Under the pieces are notes generated by a model, which was not told the origin of the DNA, ran no database searches, and worked only from the letters and a program-made list of their open reading frames with translations. Below are positions 36,122 through 45,253 of a DNA stretch of 64,000 nt, piece by piece; the stretch's first letter is position 1; the number at the start of each line of letters is the position of its first letter. The stretch lies in the NCBI GenBank assembly GCA_017620395.1, contig JAFZQJ010000022.1, positions 72,977 to 136,976 of the forward strand, given 5' to 3'. The stretch is from Clostridia bacterium (GTDB taxonomy: Bacteria > Bacillota > Clostridia > Oscillospirales > RGIG8002). A program made the position numbers and the translations under genes.

Positions 36122-36687
36122 AAGCAATGTCGGATAAAAAGAAACGCGTCGTCGGCGTCGTATCGGGCGCGAAGCTGAAGAAGGCGCTGAAAACGAAAAA
36201 AGGCCTCGCGGTCATGGCCGTCGCCGCGGTCGCGTGCCTCCTGTTTTTCTCGTCGTCCGGATCGGCGGCGAAGAGCGCGAAGCCGCCTTCGCCCGCGGAA
36301 ACGTTCGACGCGGACGCCTACGTCGCCGCGCTTGAAAAGCGGCTGGAAAGCATCATCTCCGCCATCAACGGCGCGGGAAAAACGCAAGTGATGCTCACGC
36401 TCGACGGCTCGGCGGAATACTATTTCCAGACCGACGCGAAGGAGACGGACGAAAACGACGGCGACGCGAAATACACGCGCTCATCCGACTTCGACACCGT
36501 CATCGTGAAAAACTCCGACGGCAGCGAAAGTCCGGTGCTCGCTTCGTCGCTTTCGCCGCCTGTGACGGGAGTCGTGGTCGTCTGCCGCGGCGCCGGCAGC
36601 CCGGAGGTGAGAGAAAGCGTATACAACGCGGTAAGGGCGCTGCTCGGCATACCCGCGAACAAGATCTGCGTCCTGAAAATGAGTTAG
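36118..36687 (+). CDS. spoIIIAG: Stage III sporulation protein AG
   Basis: N-terminal TM helix, plus the conserved C-terminal block PPVTGVVVVCRGAGSPEVRESVYNAVRALLGIPANKICVLKM. Confidence 0.8.
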   Translation: MKAMSDKKKRVVGVVSGAKLKKALKTKKGLAVMAVAAVACLLFFSSSGSAAKSAKPPSPAETFDADAYVAALEKRLESIISAINGAGKTQVMLTLDGSAEYYFQTDAKETDENDGDAKYTRSSDFDTVIVKNSDGSESPVLASSLSPPVTGVVVVCRGAGSPEVRESVYNAVRALLGIPANKICVLKMS

Positions 36688-36722
36688 CATTCGCCGTTCG
36701 GCGTCAGAAAAGGAGAATCATT

Positions 36723-37247
36723 ATGTTCAAAAAGAAGAAATGGATCGTATTATCCGCGATGGTGCTCGCGCTCGGGACCGCGCTGTTCCTCAACTGGCAG
36801 TTGACGGATACCGGCGCCGCCGTCAGAGAAAACGACTCGCAGGAGGTCAAGGTCATCGGCGAAGCCGAGCTCGTCAACGGCACGGCGAACGGCAACTTCG
36901 ACGAGTTCTTCTCGGCAGCGCGTATGCAGCGCGAGGCGTCCCGCGCAAGCTCGCTCGAGATACTCGACGCGATAGCCGCGAGCGCGGACGTGGACGCCGA
37001 GGCGAAGGCGGACGCCGCCGCAGAAGCTTCAACGATAGCAAGGCGCATCGAGGCCGAGGCGAATATCGAGAGCTTGATAAAAGCCAAAGGCTTCGCCGAA
37101 TGCGTCGTAATGATCGGCGACGACGGAGTCAAGGTGATGGTGCAGTCAGCGGGCCTCCTCCCCGCCGAAGCCGCGCAGATCGCCGAGATCGTCACGGGCG
37201 AGACCGGCGAGGAGCTCGCAAACGTGAGGATAGTCGAAGTGAAATAA
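36723..37247 (+). CDS. spoIIIAH: Stage III sporulation protein AH
   Basis: N-terminal TM helix, plus a YscJ/FliF-like C-terminal region (IESLIKAKGFAECVVMIGDDGVKVMVQS). It is the last gene of the operon. Confidence 0.75.
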   Translation: MFKKKKWIVLSAMVLALGTALFLNWQLTDTGAAVRENDSQEVKVIGEAELVNGTANGNFDEFFSAARMQREASRASSLEILDAIAASADVDAEAKADAAAEASTIARRIEAEANIESLIKAKGFAECVVMIGDDGVKVMVQSAGLLPAEAAQIAEIVTGETGEELANVRIVEVK

Positions 37248-37264
37248 GCGCGATAATCTACGAT

Positions 37265-37297
37265 AAAAGACGGTCTTGCAGCGAAGACCGTCTTTTA
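37265..37297. terminator. Bidirectional intrinsic terminator (spoIIIA operon and tex converge here)
   Basis: AAGACGGTCTT (37267-37277) pairs with AAGACCGTCTT (37284-37294), with A-run and T-run flanks. Confidence 0.8.
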
Positions 37298-37299
37298 TA

Positions 37300-39456
37300 C
37301 TATTCGGTTATTCCCTTCATGGAAAGACTGATGCGCTTCTTTTTGAGGTCGACGCCGAGCACGCGGACGGTCACGACGTCGCCGACGGAGACGACCTCCG
37401 ACGGATGCTTGACGAACTTATCGCTGATCTGCGAAACGTGGACGAGCCCGTCCTGGTGGACGCCGATATCGACGAAGGCGCCGAAGTCGATGACGTTGCG
37501 GACGGTACCCTTCAGCGTCATGCCCTCGTGCAGGTCCTCAATCGCGAGCACGTCCGTGCGGAGCAGCGGCGGTGGAAGCTCGTCGCGCGGGTCGCGCCCG
37601 GGCTTGGCGAGCTCTTTGACTATGTCGGCAAGCGTCGGTTCGCCGACGCCGAGCTCGGCGGCGAGCTTCGCGATCGACGCGGGAGTGAGCGACTCCGCGG
37701 CGGAGGCGGCTTTGCCCGCCGCGACGTCCGCGGGCGTGAGCCCGAAGCGCTTCAGCAGCGCCTTCGCGGCGGCGTAGGATTCCGGATGCACTCCGGTGTT
37801 ATCGAGCGGGTCGGCGCCGTCCGCTACGCGCAGGAAGCCCGCGCACTGCTCGAACGCCTTAGGGCCGAGCTTCGGGACCTTTTTCAGCTCGCTTCTGGAC
37901 TTGAAGCGGCCGTTCTCCTCGCGGTATGCGACGATGTTTTTCGACACCGCGGGAGTGAGCCCCGCGATGTGCGAAAGGAGCGCGGGCGAAGCGGTGTTGA
38001 GCTCCGCGCCGACGCTGTTGACACAGTCCTCGACCACGCCGTCGAGCGCCTCGTCCAGACGCTTCGGCGGCATATCGTGCTGATACTGCCCGACGCCGAT
38101 CGCCTTCGGCTCGATTTTGACGAGCTCGGCGAGCGGGTCCTGCAGGCGCCGCGCTATCGAAACGGCGCTGCGCAGCGTCAGATCGAAGTCCGGCATCTCC
38201 TCGGCGGCGAGCTTGGACGCCGAATAGACCGATGCGCCCGCCTCGCTGACCACCATATACGATACTTTATTTGTCAACTCATGAAGCAGATTCGCGGTAA
38301 ACAATTCTGTTTCTTTCGACGCCGTACCGTTCCCTATCGCGATGATTTCGACGCCGTGCTTTTTGATGAGGTCTTTCAGTATGCGCTTCGACTTTTCCGC
38401 CTGCGCCTCGCCGTGAGTGAGGTAGACGACGGAGGTGTCGAGCACCTTGCCGGTGCCGTCGACGACGGCGACCTTGCAGCCGGTGCGGTAGCCGGGGTCG
38501 AGCCCCATGGCGACCTTGCCCTTGACCGGCGGCTGAAGCAGCAGCTGGCGCAGGTTCGTTCCGAAAAGCTTTATCGCGCCTTCGGACGCGGAGTCGGTCA
38601 GCTCGGCGCGTATCTCCCTCTCTATCGACGGGAATATCAGGCGCGAATAGGAGTCCTCGCACGCCTCCGCGACGGCGGCGGCGCAGGGCGTTTCGCCTCT
38701 GACGTAAAGCGATTTTATCGAATTCAGCGGCTTCTCGTCATCCATGCCGATCGAGACCTTCAAAAAGCCCTCTTTTTCGCCTCTGTTGACCGCGAGGACG
38801 CGGTGTCCGGCGACGTCGCGGACCGGCTGGGAGAAGTCGTAATACTGCTCGTAGACGCTCTCGGCGCTTTCGTCGGCGGCTTTGGAATCCAGCCGCCCGC
38901 CGAGCATCACGAGGTTGCGGACGCGGCGGCGCACCTCGGCGTTGTCGGAAACGTCCTCGGCGATTATGTCCTTCGCGCCCTGAAGCGCGTCTTCGGCGGT
39001 TTCGACTCCCTTTTCCGCGTCGATATACTTCGCGGCGAGCCCGAGCGGATCGGCGGCGGAGCTCTGCCCCGCGAGAAGCTCTTTAGCTAAGGGTTCAAGC
39101 CCCTTTTCCTTCGCGACGGAGGCGCGGGTCTTGCGCTTCGGGCGGAAGGGGCGGTAGATGTCGTCGATCTCGGCGAGCGTCGCCGCCTTGTCGAGCGCGG
39201 CGGAGATCTCGTCGCTCATGTTCCCCTGCTCCGTTATAAGTCCGCGCACCTCCTCGCGCCGCGCGTCGAGGTTGCGCAGATATGTCAGTTTATCCGCGAT
39301 CTGACGGATGAGCTGGTCGTCCATCGTGCCGTGCGCCTCCTTGCGGTAGCGCGCGATGAAGGGGATCGTGTTGCCCTCGTCGAGCAGGGCGATTATGTTG
39401 CCGACGTATTCTTCTTTTACGTCGAACTGCTTTGCGATCACTTCGGAATAGTTCAT
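37300..39456 (-). CDS. tex: Tex-like transcription accessory protein (S1 RNA-binding domain protein, YhgF family)
   Basis: N-terminal IPFIARYRKE motif, YqgF/RuvC-like and HhH regions, and a C-terminal S1 domain (GTVRNVIDFGAFVDIG). Confidence 0.9.
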   Translation of the reverse strand: MNYSEVIAKQFDVKEEYVGNIIALLDEGNTIPFIARYRKEAHGTMDDQLIRQIADKLTYLRNLDARREEVRGLITEQGNMSDEISAALDKAATLAEIDDIYRPFRPKRKTRASVAKEKGLEPLAKELLAGQSSAADPLGLAAKYIDAEKGVETAEDALQGAKDIIAEDVSDNAEVRRRVRNLVMLGGRLDSKAADESAESVYEQYYDFSQPVRDVAGHRVLAVNRGEKEGFLKVSIGMDDEKPLNSIKSLYVRGETPCAAAVAEACEDSYSRLIFPSIEREIRAELTDSASEGAIKLFGTNLRQLLLQPPVKGKVAMGLDPGYRTGCKVAVVDGTGKVLDTSVVYLTHGEAQAEKSKRILKDLIKKHGVEIIAIGNGTASKETELFTANLLHELTNKVSYMVVSEAGASVYSASKLAAEEMPDFDLTLRSAVSIARRLQDPLAELVKIEPKAIGVGQYQHDMPPKRLDEALDGVVEDCVNSVGAELNTASPALLSHIAGLTPAVSKNIVAYREENGRFKSRSELKKVPKLGPKAFEQCAGFLRVADGADPLDNTGVHPESYAAAKALLKRFGLTPADVAAGKAASAAESLTPASIAKLAAELGVGEPTLADIVKELAKPGRDPRDELPPPLLRTDVLAIEDLHEGMTLKGTVRNVIDFGAFVDIGVHQDGLVHVSQISDKFVKHPSEVVSVGDVVTVRVLGVDLKKKRISLSMKGITE

Positions 39457-40758
39457 TTATTTCTCCGCTTTCTGAAAACAGTATCTGAACGGCGACGCGA
39501 GGTAGCCGCTTGAATTATAAAGATTGTGCTCCGGCGCGTTGCGGAAGCCCATCGAAACGCCTGCCGCGTCCGGCGGCAGCTTTACGAAAACCGCGCCGTC
39601 GGCAATCGCGCACTCCGCGGGCGCTTCGCCATCCGGCAGCAGCGCGTAAACGTCGCGCGGCGCACCTTCGAAGCGCAGGCCGTCCGCGTGGGAGAAGGTC
39701 AGCTTCGCCTCCCCGTCCGCGACGGAGACTGCTTCGAGCACCGGACCGCAGTATTCTACTTCGCGCCCGAACTGACGGCACAACACGGCGTTCGCGAGCG
39801 CCTCGCCGACGCCGCGTTTCTTAGTCGGGTGGATGTTATCCGCCTCGCCGGTGTTGAAGAGAGTGACCATATACGTCTTATCCAGCGACTTCGACGCCTT
39901 CTCTATCCCTTCGCGTATGACCGCCCACGCGGGCTCGCTCTCCGGCTCGTTGAACGGCATTATCTGCACGCAGTAAAACGGCAGCTCGTATCCGAAGCGT
40001 CCGCGCCAGTCGTTTATCAGCGCGGCGAGCATCTTATCGTAGTTCCGCGCCTCCTCGACGCGGCGGTCGCTTTCCCCCTGATACCAGAGCGCGCCCGCGA
40101 ATGAATACGGGATAAGCGGCTGCAGCTTGTGGCGGTAAAGCCAGCAGTTCTGATTGAACTTATACTCAAAAAAGTCGTTGTGCCGCACGGCGACGAGCGC
40201 CTGATACTCCGGCGTATTCACCACCTCGGGCGAGGTCCACGCGTCCACGGTGGAAGCGCCGATGCTGCTGCATACGATCCCGACGGGAACGCCGGTCTCG
40301 GCGTTCAGCTTCGCCGCGAAGTAGTAGGCGACGGCGGAGAAGCCCTTCGACGCCTCTTTTCCGCACTTTTCCCAGCCTTTGAAGTCGAGCCACGGATTCA
40401 GGTTATCGTCCGGAAAATGCGGCTCCTTGAAGTATCTGACGGCGTCCGTTTCCGCGTACGCCTCCTGCCCGATCTCTCCGAGCAACAGCGCCATGTTCGA
40501 CTGCCCGGAAGCGAGGTAAACGTCGCCGACGAGGATATCGCGGATGACGGCTTCTTCGCCGCCGAGCGTGACGCGCATTTCATAAGGGCCGCCCGCGGAA
40601 GCCGCGGGAAGCGTCACGACGAAACCGCCGTCGGCGGTGAAGCGCGTTTCGCGGCCGAGGAAGTCGACCTTACCCTCGCCTTTTCCGCTGCCGAAAACGC
40701 GTATTTCCCTGTCGCGCTGCAGCACCATCCCGTCGCAGAATATTTCGGCTAATTTCAT
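39457..40758 (-). CDS. Sialate O-acetylesterase-like (SASA/SGNH-type) carbohydrate esterase
   Basis: LASGQSNM catalytic-serine motif and WYQGESD block. The ATG at 40758 is preceded by AGGGGTG. The stop abuts the tex start codon. Confidence 0.65.
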   Translation of the reverse strand: MKLAEIFCDGMVLQRDREIRVFGSGKGEGKVDFLGRETRFTADGGFVVTLPAASAGGPYEMRVTLGGEEAVIRDILVGDVYLASGQSNMALLLGEIGQEAYAETDAVRYFKEPHFPDDNLNPWLDFKGWEKCGKEASKGFSAVAYYFAAKLNAETGVPVGIVCSSIGASTVDAWTSPEVVNTPEYQALVAVRHNDFFEYKFNQNCWLYRHKLQPLIPYSFAGALWYQGESDRRVEEARNYDKMLAALINDWRGRFGYELPFYCVQIMPFNEPESEPAWAVIREGIEKASKSLDKTYMVTLFNTGEADNIHPTKKRGVGEALANAVLCRQFGREVEYCGPVLEAVSVADGEAKLTFSHADGLRFEGAPRDVYALLPDGEAPAECAIADGAVFVKLPPDAAGVSMGFRNAPEHNLYNSSGYLASPFRYCFQKAEK

Positions 40759-40873
40759 AATAACACCCCTGATTATCGATGATAATATTTTACCGCAAAC
40801 GCGGCGGCAAGTCAAGCGAAATCGCCGTCGGTCCGCGCATGAAGAAAAATGCGAAACGTGTCGAAAAATCCTC

Positions 40874-40902
40874 TTGACATTTGACTCAAACGGTGGTAAT
40901 TT
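40874..40902 (+). promoter_or_regulatory. Candidate sigma-A promoter for the permease gene
   Basis: TTGACA (40874-40879), a 17-nt spacer, then TAATTT (40897-40902). Confidence 0.4.
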
Positions 40903-40941
40903 TTCTATGTTAAAATCTTAAACGGACAGTGACCGATACCG

Positions 40942-42081
40942 ATGGACTCAACGGCAAAACCTAATATCGCCGCGGCGACGAAGGCGTTCGTCAAAAAGAA
41001 CGCCGTTATGTTCGTCGCTTTTATTGCGGCCGTTATCACGAGCGTCATCGTCCCGCCGGACGCCGAATACGCCCGCTACTTCGACTATAAGACGCTGACC
41101 TGCCTTTTCTGCGTGCTCGCGGTCGTATGCGCTTTGAAGAACGTGCGCTTCTTCTACCTGCTGGCGCGGAAGGCGGTGCATTTTTTCAGAAACGCGCGCA
41201 AGTGCATACTCGCGCTCGTCTATATCACCTTCATAGGCTCGATGCTGATAGCGAACGACATGGCGCTGCTGACCTTCCTGCCGCTCGGATACCTCGTATT
41301 GACGACGACCGGCAAAGAGAAGTATATGGCGTTCACATTCATAATGCAGAATATCGCGGCGAACCTTGGCGGTATGCTCACGCCGTTCGGCAATCCGCAG
41401 AACCTCTATCTTTACACGAAGTTCAACATTCCCGCGACGGAGTTCATGAAGATAATGGCGCCGCCGTTCGCGGTCTCGATCGCGCTGATAACGCTCTGCT
41501 GCGTCTTTTTCGTGCGGCCGGAGCGACTGGAGATACCGGATGAAAAGGTTGAGCTCGACCCGGTAAAAACGACGGTATATCTTGCGCTTTTCGCCCTCTC
41601 GATAGCGATAGTTTTCCGAGGAATACCCTATTGGATAGGGCTGATCGTCATTCCGGCGGCGCTGCTCGTCTTTGACAGAAAAGCGCTGCTTCAGGTGGAC
41701 TATCCCCTGCTGCTGACATTCGTTTTCTTCTTCATTTTCGCCGGCAACATGGCGCGGATAGACGCGGTACGCGGTTTTTTCTCGTCGCTGCTCGACCGGA
41801 ACACGCTCGTTTTCAGCGCGGCGAGCTGCCAGTGCATAAGCAACGTGCCATCGGCGATACTGCTCTCGCAGTTCACGGCGAACTACCCCGACCTGCTCGT
41901 CGGAGTCAATATCGGCGGCGTCGGCACGCTGATCGCCTCGCTCGCGAGTCTGATAACCTTCCGCGAATACGTAAAGCACAACCCCGGAAAAACGTGGAGC
42001 TATATCGCGAAGTTTTCTGCGTTCAACTTCGGCTTCCTCGCGGCGCTGATTGCGTTCATGAGCGTGATAAAACTGCTGTGA
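40942..42081 (+). CDS. Anion/citrate-transporter-like permease (ArsB/NhaD/CitMHS-type superfamily)
   Basis: A protein of about 10-12 TM helices. The motif GGMLTPFGNPQNL is characteristic of this ion-transporter superfamily. The substrate is unknown. Confidence 0.55.
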   Translation: MDSTAKPNIAAATKAFVKKNAVMFVAFIAAVITSVIVPPDAEYARYFDYKTLTCLFCVLAVVCALKNVRFFYLLARKAVHFFRNARKCILALVYITFIGSMLIANDMALLTFLPLGYLVLTTTGKEKYMAFTFIMQNIAANLGGMLTPFGNPQNLYLYTKFNIPATEFMKIMAPPFAVSIALITLCCVFFVRPERLEIPDEKVELDPVKTTVYLALFALSIAIVFRGIPYWIGLIVIPAALLVFDRKALLQVDYPLLLTFVFFFIFAGNMARIDAVRGFFSSLLDRNTLVFSAASCQCISNVPSAILLSQFTANYPDLLVGVNIGGVGTLIASLASLITFREYVKHNPGKTWSYIAKFSAFNFGFLAALIAFMSVIKLL

Positions 42082-42104
42082 AAACAAGAAGAATGAGATA
42101 AAGC

Positions 42105-42140
42105 AACGGCGCGTTTCAAGTGAAACGCGCCGTTATTATT
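42105..42140. terminator. Hairpin between convergent genes (probable terminator)
   Basis: AACGGCGCGTTT pairs with AAACGCGCCGTT as a 12-bp stem. The flanking U-runs are weak on both strands. Confidence 0.5.
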
Positions 42141-42150
42141 ACGCCTTTTA

Positions 42151-43533
42151 TTATTTGCTCAACTTCTCGTGGATGGCGGCGGCGGCTTTTTTGCCCGCGC
42201 CCATCGCGAGGATGACCGTAGCCGCGCCGGTGACGGCGTCGCCTCCAGCGTAGACGTTCGGCTTGCTCGATTCCATCGTCTCTTCGTTGACGATTATGCA
42301 GCCGCGGCGGTTGGTGTCAAGTCCCGCGGTCGTGCTTCTGATGAGCGGGTTCGGCGTCGTGCCGAGCGCCATTATCACGGCGTTGACCGGAATGACGAAG
42401 TTGCTGCCCTGCTTCTCTACCGGACTGCGGCGGCCGCTTTCGTCCGGCTCGCCGAGCTCCATCTCGACGCACTCTATGCCGCTGACGCAGCCGTTGCCGT
42501 CGTCGAGCACGCGGACGGGGTTGGTCAGCATCTTAAAGTCGACGCCCTCCTCCTTGGCGTGGTGGACCTCTTCGACGCGGGCGGGCATTTCCGCCTCGCT
42601 CCTGCGGTAGATGATATAGACGTGATCGCTGCCCATGCGGAGCGCGCAGCGGGCGGCGTCCATCGCGACGTTGCCTCCGCCGACGACGGCGACGCTGCCG
42701 CCGCGCTTGATGGGCGTGTCGTATTCGTCCTTGTACGCTTTCATCAGGTTGATGCGCGTGAGGTATTCGTTGGCGGAATAGACGCCGTTGAGCGCCTCGC
42801 CCTCGATGCCCATGAACTTCGGCAGGCCCGCGCCGGTGCCGACGAAGACGGCGGAGTATTCGCCGCCGAGCAGCTCGTCGATCGTGACGGCTCTGCCGAC
42901 GACGGCGTTGAGCTTGATCTCCACGCCGGAGGCCTCAAGCGCGTCGATCTCCGCCTTGACGATCTCCTTGGGCAGACGGAACTGCGGGATGCCGTAGACG
43001 AGCACGCCGCCGGCGACGTGGGACGCCTCGAAGATAGTGACCGAGTAACCGAGCTTCGCGAGCGCGCCCGCGCAGGTAAGACCCGCGGGGCCGGCGCCTA
43101 CGACGGCGACCTTCTTGCCGTTGGGGGCGGCTTTTTCGCCGGCGTCCCCCTTGCCGAAGCAGTAGTCGGCGGCGAAGCGTTCAAGCCTGCCGATGCCGAC
43201 CGGCTCCGCCTTTATGCCGCGCACGCACTTGCTCTCGCACTGGTTCTCCTGCGGGCAGACTCTGCCGCAGACAGCGGGCAGCGCGTTCGTTTCTTTTATC
43301 TTCGCGTAAGCGCCCTCGATATCCCCCGCCTTGATAAGCGAGATGAAGTCGGGGATGCGCACGCCGACGGGGCAGCCGCTGACGCAGGGGCTGTTTTTGC
43401 AGTTAAGGCAGCGTTCCGCCTCGCCCATCGCCATTTCCATGGTGTAGCCGAGGGCGACCTCTTCGAAGTTTTTGTTTCTGACGTCCGGATCCTGAACGGG
43501 CATCGGGCATTTGTTGGGTGTCATATTTGCCAT
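42151..43533 (-). CDS. nfnB: NADPH-dependent glutamate synthase small-subunit-like oxidoreductase (NfnB-type subunit of NADH-dependent ferredoxin:NADP+ oxidoreductase)
   Basis: N-terminal Cys clusters (CLNCKNSPC..GCP and CGRVCP..C), two Rossmann motifs (VAVVGAGPAG and VAVVGGGNVAMD), and GGD near the C-terminus. The ATG at 43533 sits in a TAATG overlap after GGAGG. Confidence 0.75.
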   Translation of the reverse strand: MANMTPNKCPMPVQDPDVRNKNFEEVALGYTMEMAMGEAERCLNCKNSPCVSGCPVGVRIPDFISLIKAGDIEGAYAKIKETNALPAVCGRVCPQENQCESKCVRGIKAEPVGIGRLERFAADYCFGKGDAGEKAAPNGKKVAVVGAGPAGLTCAGALAKLGYSVTIFEASHVAGGVLVYGIPQFRLPKEIVKAEIDALEASGVEIKLNAVVGRAVTIDELLGGEYSAVFVGTGAGLPKFMGIEGEALNGVYSANEYLTRINLMKAYKDEYDTPIKRGGSVAVVGGGNVAMDAARCALRMGSDHVYIIYRRSEAEMPARVEEVHHAKEEGVDFKMLTNPVRVLDDGNGCVSGIECVEMELGEPDESGRRSPVEKQGSNFVIPVNAVIMALGTTPNPLIRSTTAGLDTNRRGCIIVNEETMESSKPNVYAGGDAVTGAATVILAMGAGKKAAAAIHEKLSK

Positions 43534-44375
43534 TATTTGCCTCCCATGCCGAGACGGCACTTATGCGCTTCGACCGCGGCCTTTTCCTCCGCCTTGTAGA
43601 AGCCGTTTCTCCTCATCGCCTCGTCGAAGTCGACGAGGTGTCCGTCGAAGTCTGGGCCGTCGACGCAGGCGAACTTTACTTCGCCGCCGACGGTGACGCG
43701 GCAGCCGCCGCACATCCCCGTGCCGTCGATCATTACGGTGTTCATGCTGACGATGGTCTTTATGCCGTACTCCTTCGTGAGCTTGGAGACGAACTTCATC
43801 ATCGGCAGCGGGCCGATGGCGATGACGGCGTCGTAGTCCGCGCCCTCCTCGATGTGCTTTTTCAGCTCGTCGGTGACGAAGCCCTTGTTGCCGTTGGAGC
43901 CGTCGTCGGTGGTTATGTAGAGGTTATCGCATACGGCGCGCATCTCGTCCTCGAGGATGACGATGCCGACGTTGCGGAAGCCCGCGATGATGTCCACCTT
44001 CGCGCCCATTTCGTGAAGCGCCTTCGCCTGCGGATACGCGATCGCGCATCCGAGTCCGCCGCCGATGACGGCGGCGCGCTTTATGCCCTCCAGCTCGGAC
44101 GGTCTGCCGAGCGGGCCGACGACGTCGCGGAGGCAATCGCCCTCGTTCATTTCGCCGAGGCGCATCGTTGTCGCGCCGACCTCCTGGAATATGATCGTGA
44201 CGGTCTGCCTTACGGCGTCGTGATCGGCGACGGTGAGGGGTATCCTCTCACCATGCTCGTCGATACGGAGCATGATGAACTGCCCCGCCTTCACCTTCGC
44301 GGCGACGAGCGGCGCTTCGATCTCCATCAGCACCGTGTTTTCGTTCAGGCGTTGTCTTTTAACGATTTTGTGCAT
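43533..44375 (-). CDS. nfnA: Ferredoxin-NADP+ reductase-like FAD/NAD-binding subunit with a C-terminal [2Fe-2S] motif (NfnA-type)
   Basis: RIPLTV (FAD-binding RxYS-like), GGGLGCA (NAD), and C-terminal GTGMCGGCRV...C. It is paired with the gltD-like gene. Confidence 0.75.
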   Translation of the reverse strand: MHKIVKRQRLNENTVLMEIEAPLVAAKVKAGQFIMLRIDEHGERIPLTVADHDAVRQTVTIIFQEVGATTMRLGEMNEGDCLRDVVGPLGRPSELEGIKRAAVIGGGLGCAIAYPQAKALHEMGAKVDIIAGFRNVGIVILEDEMRAVCDNLYITTDDGSNGNKGFVTDELKKHIEEGADYDAVIAIGPLPMMKFVSKLTKEYGIKTIVSMNTVMIDGTGMCGGCRVTVGGEVKFACVDGPDFDGHLVDFDEAMRRNGFYKAEEKAAVEAHKCRLGMGGK

Positions 44376-45240
44376 AGCCGTATTCCCCCAGAATAAGTTT
44401 GACGTATCTGTCGAGCGCGTCCTGCCACGGCGGTAGCCGTTTGAAGCCGGCGTCGTCGAGCGCCTGCTTGGACATACGCGAGTTTTTCGGACGTTTCGCT
44501 GCCTGCGGGCGCATTTGCAGGTATTCCTCCGTGCTGATCGGCTTGACCTTCACGTCCGCGCCCGCGGCGTCGAAGATCGCCTGCGCGAACTCAGCCCAGC
44601 TGCAGTACCCCTCGTTCGTGGCGCAGTAGACTCCGTATTTCTCCGTCCGCACCATATCGGCGAGCAGGACGGCGAGGTCCGCGGTGTAGGTCGGAGAGCC
44701 GATCTGGTCGTCGACGACGGTCAGTTCCCCCCGCGTTTCGCCGAGCTTCAGCATCGTGCGGACGAAGTTGCCGCCGTTGACGCCGAACACCCACGAAATG
44801 CGGACGATGAAGAGCTTATCCGTCTGCTCGGCGGCGCGGAGCTCTCCGAGGTATTTGCTCTCGCCGTATTTGTTTATCGGCGCTTTCGGACTGTCGGGCG
44901 CGAAGGGTTCGCTTCCCTGCCCGTCGTAAACGTAGTCGGTGCTGATGTAGATCAGCTTTGCGCCGACGGCTTTGCACGCCTTCGCGATATTGCCGGTGCC
45001 TTCGGCGTTGACGGCGAAGCAGAGCTCCGTCGCCTCCTCCGCCTTATCGACGGCAGTGAACGCCGCGCAGTGCACGACCGCGTCCGGCGCGTAGGCGGTG
45101 ACGTAATCCATTACCTGCGCCGCGTTCGTGAGGTCGAAATCCTCGATGTCGACGCCTTTGGCTTCTACGCCGCGCTTTTCAAGCTCCTTGACGACGTCGT
45201 AGCCGAGCTGGCCTTTGACGCCCGTAACCAATACTTTCAT
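44359..45240 (-). CDS. rfbD: dTDP-4-dehydrorhamnose reductase
   Basis: MKVLVTGVKGQLG Rossmann start, STDYVYDG, and the last position of the rfb set. Confidence 0.85.
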   Translation of the reverse strand: MKVLVTGVKGQLGYDVVKELEKRGVEAKGVDIEDFDLTNAAQVMDYVTAYAPDAVVHCAAFTAVDKAEEATELCFAVNAEGTGNIAKACKAVGAKLIYISTDYVYDGQGSEPFAPDSPKAPINKYGESKYLGELRAAEQTDKLFIVRISWVFGVNGGNFVRTMLKLGETRGELTVVDDQIGSPTYTADLAVLLADMVRTEKYGVYCATNEGYCSWAEFAQAIFDAAGADVKVKPISTEEYLQMRPQAAKRPKNSRMSKQALDDAGFKRLPPWQDALDRYVKLILGEYGYAQNR

Positions 45241-45253
45241 TTATATCGCTTCC

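Noticed and set aside
37276-39090. 604-aa plus-strand ORF; the 345-aa ORF at 36740..37777 is a similar case.
   Set aside because: The first is antisense to tex. The second is an Arg-rich alternative frame over spoIIIAH and tex. Neither has a start context or any recognisable domain.
40948-43599. 379-aa (40948..42087, minus) and 476-aa (42169..43599, plus) ORFs.
   Set aside because: They are shadows of the permease gene and of nfnB respectively, with extreme Arg/Glu/Asp composition.
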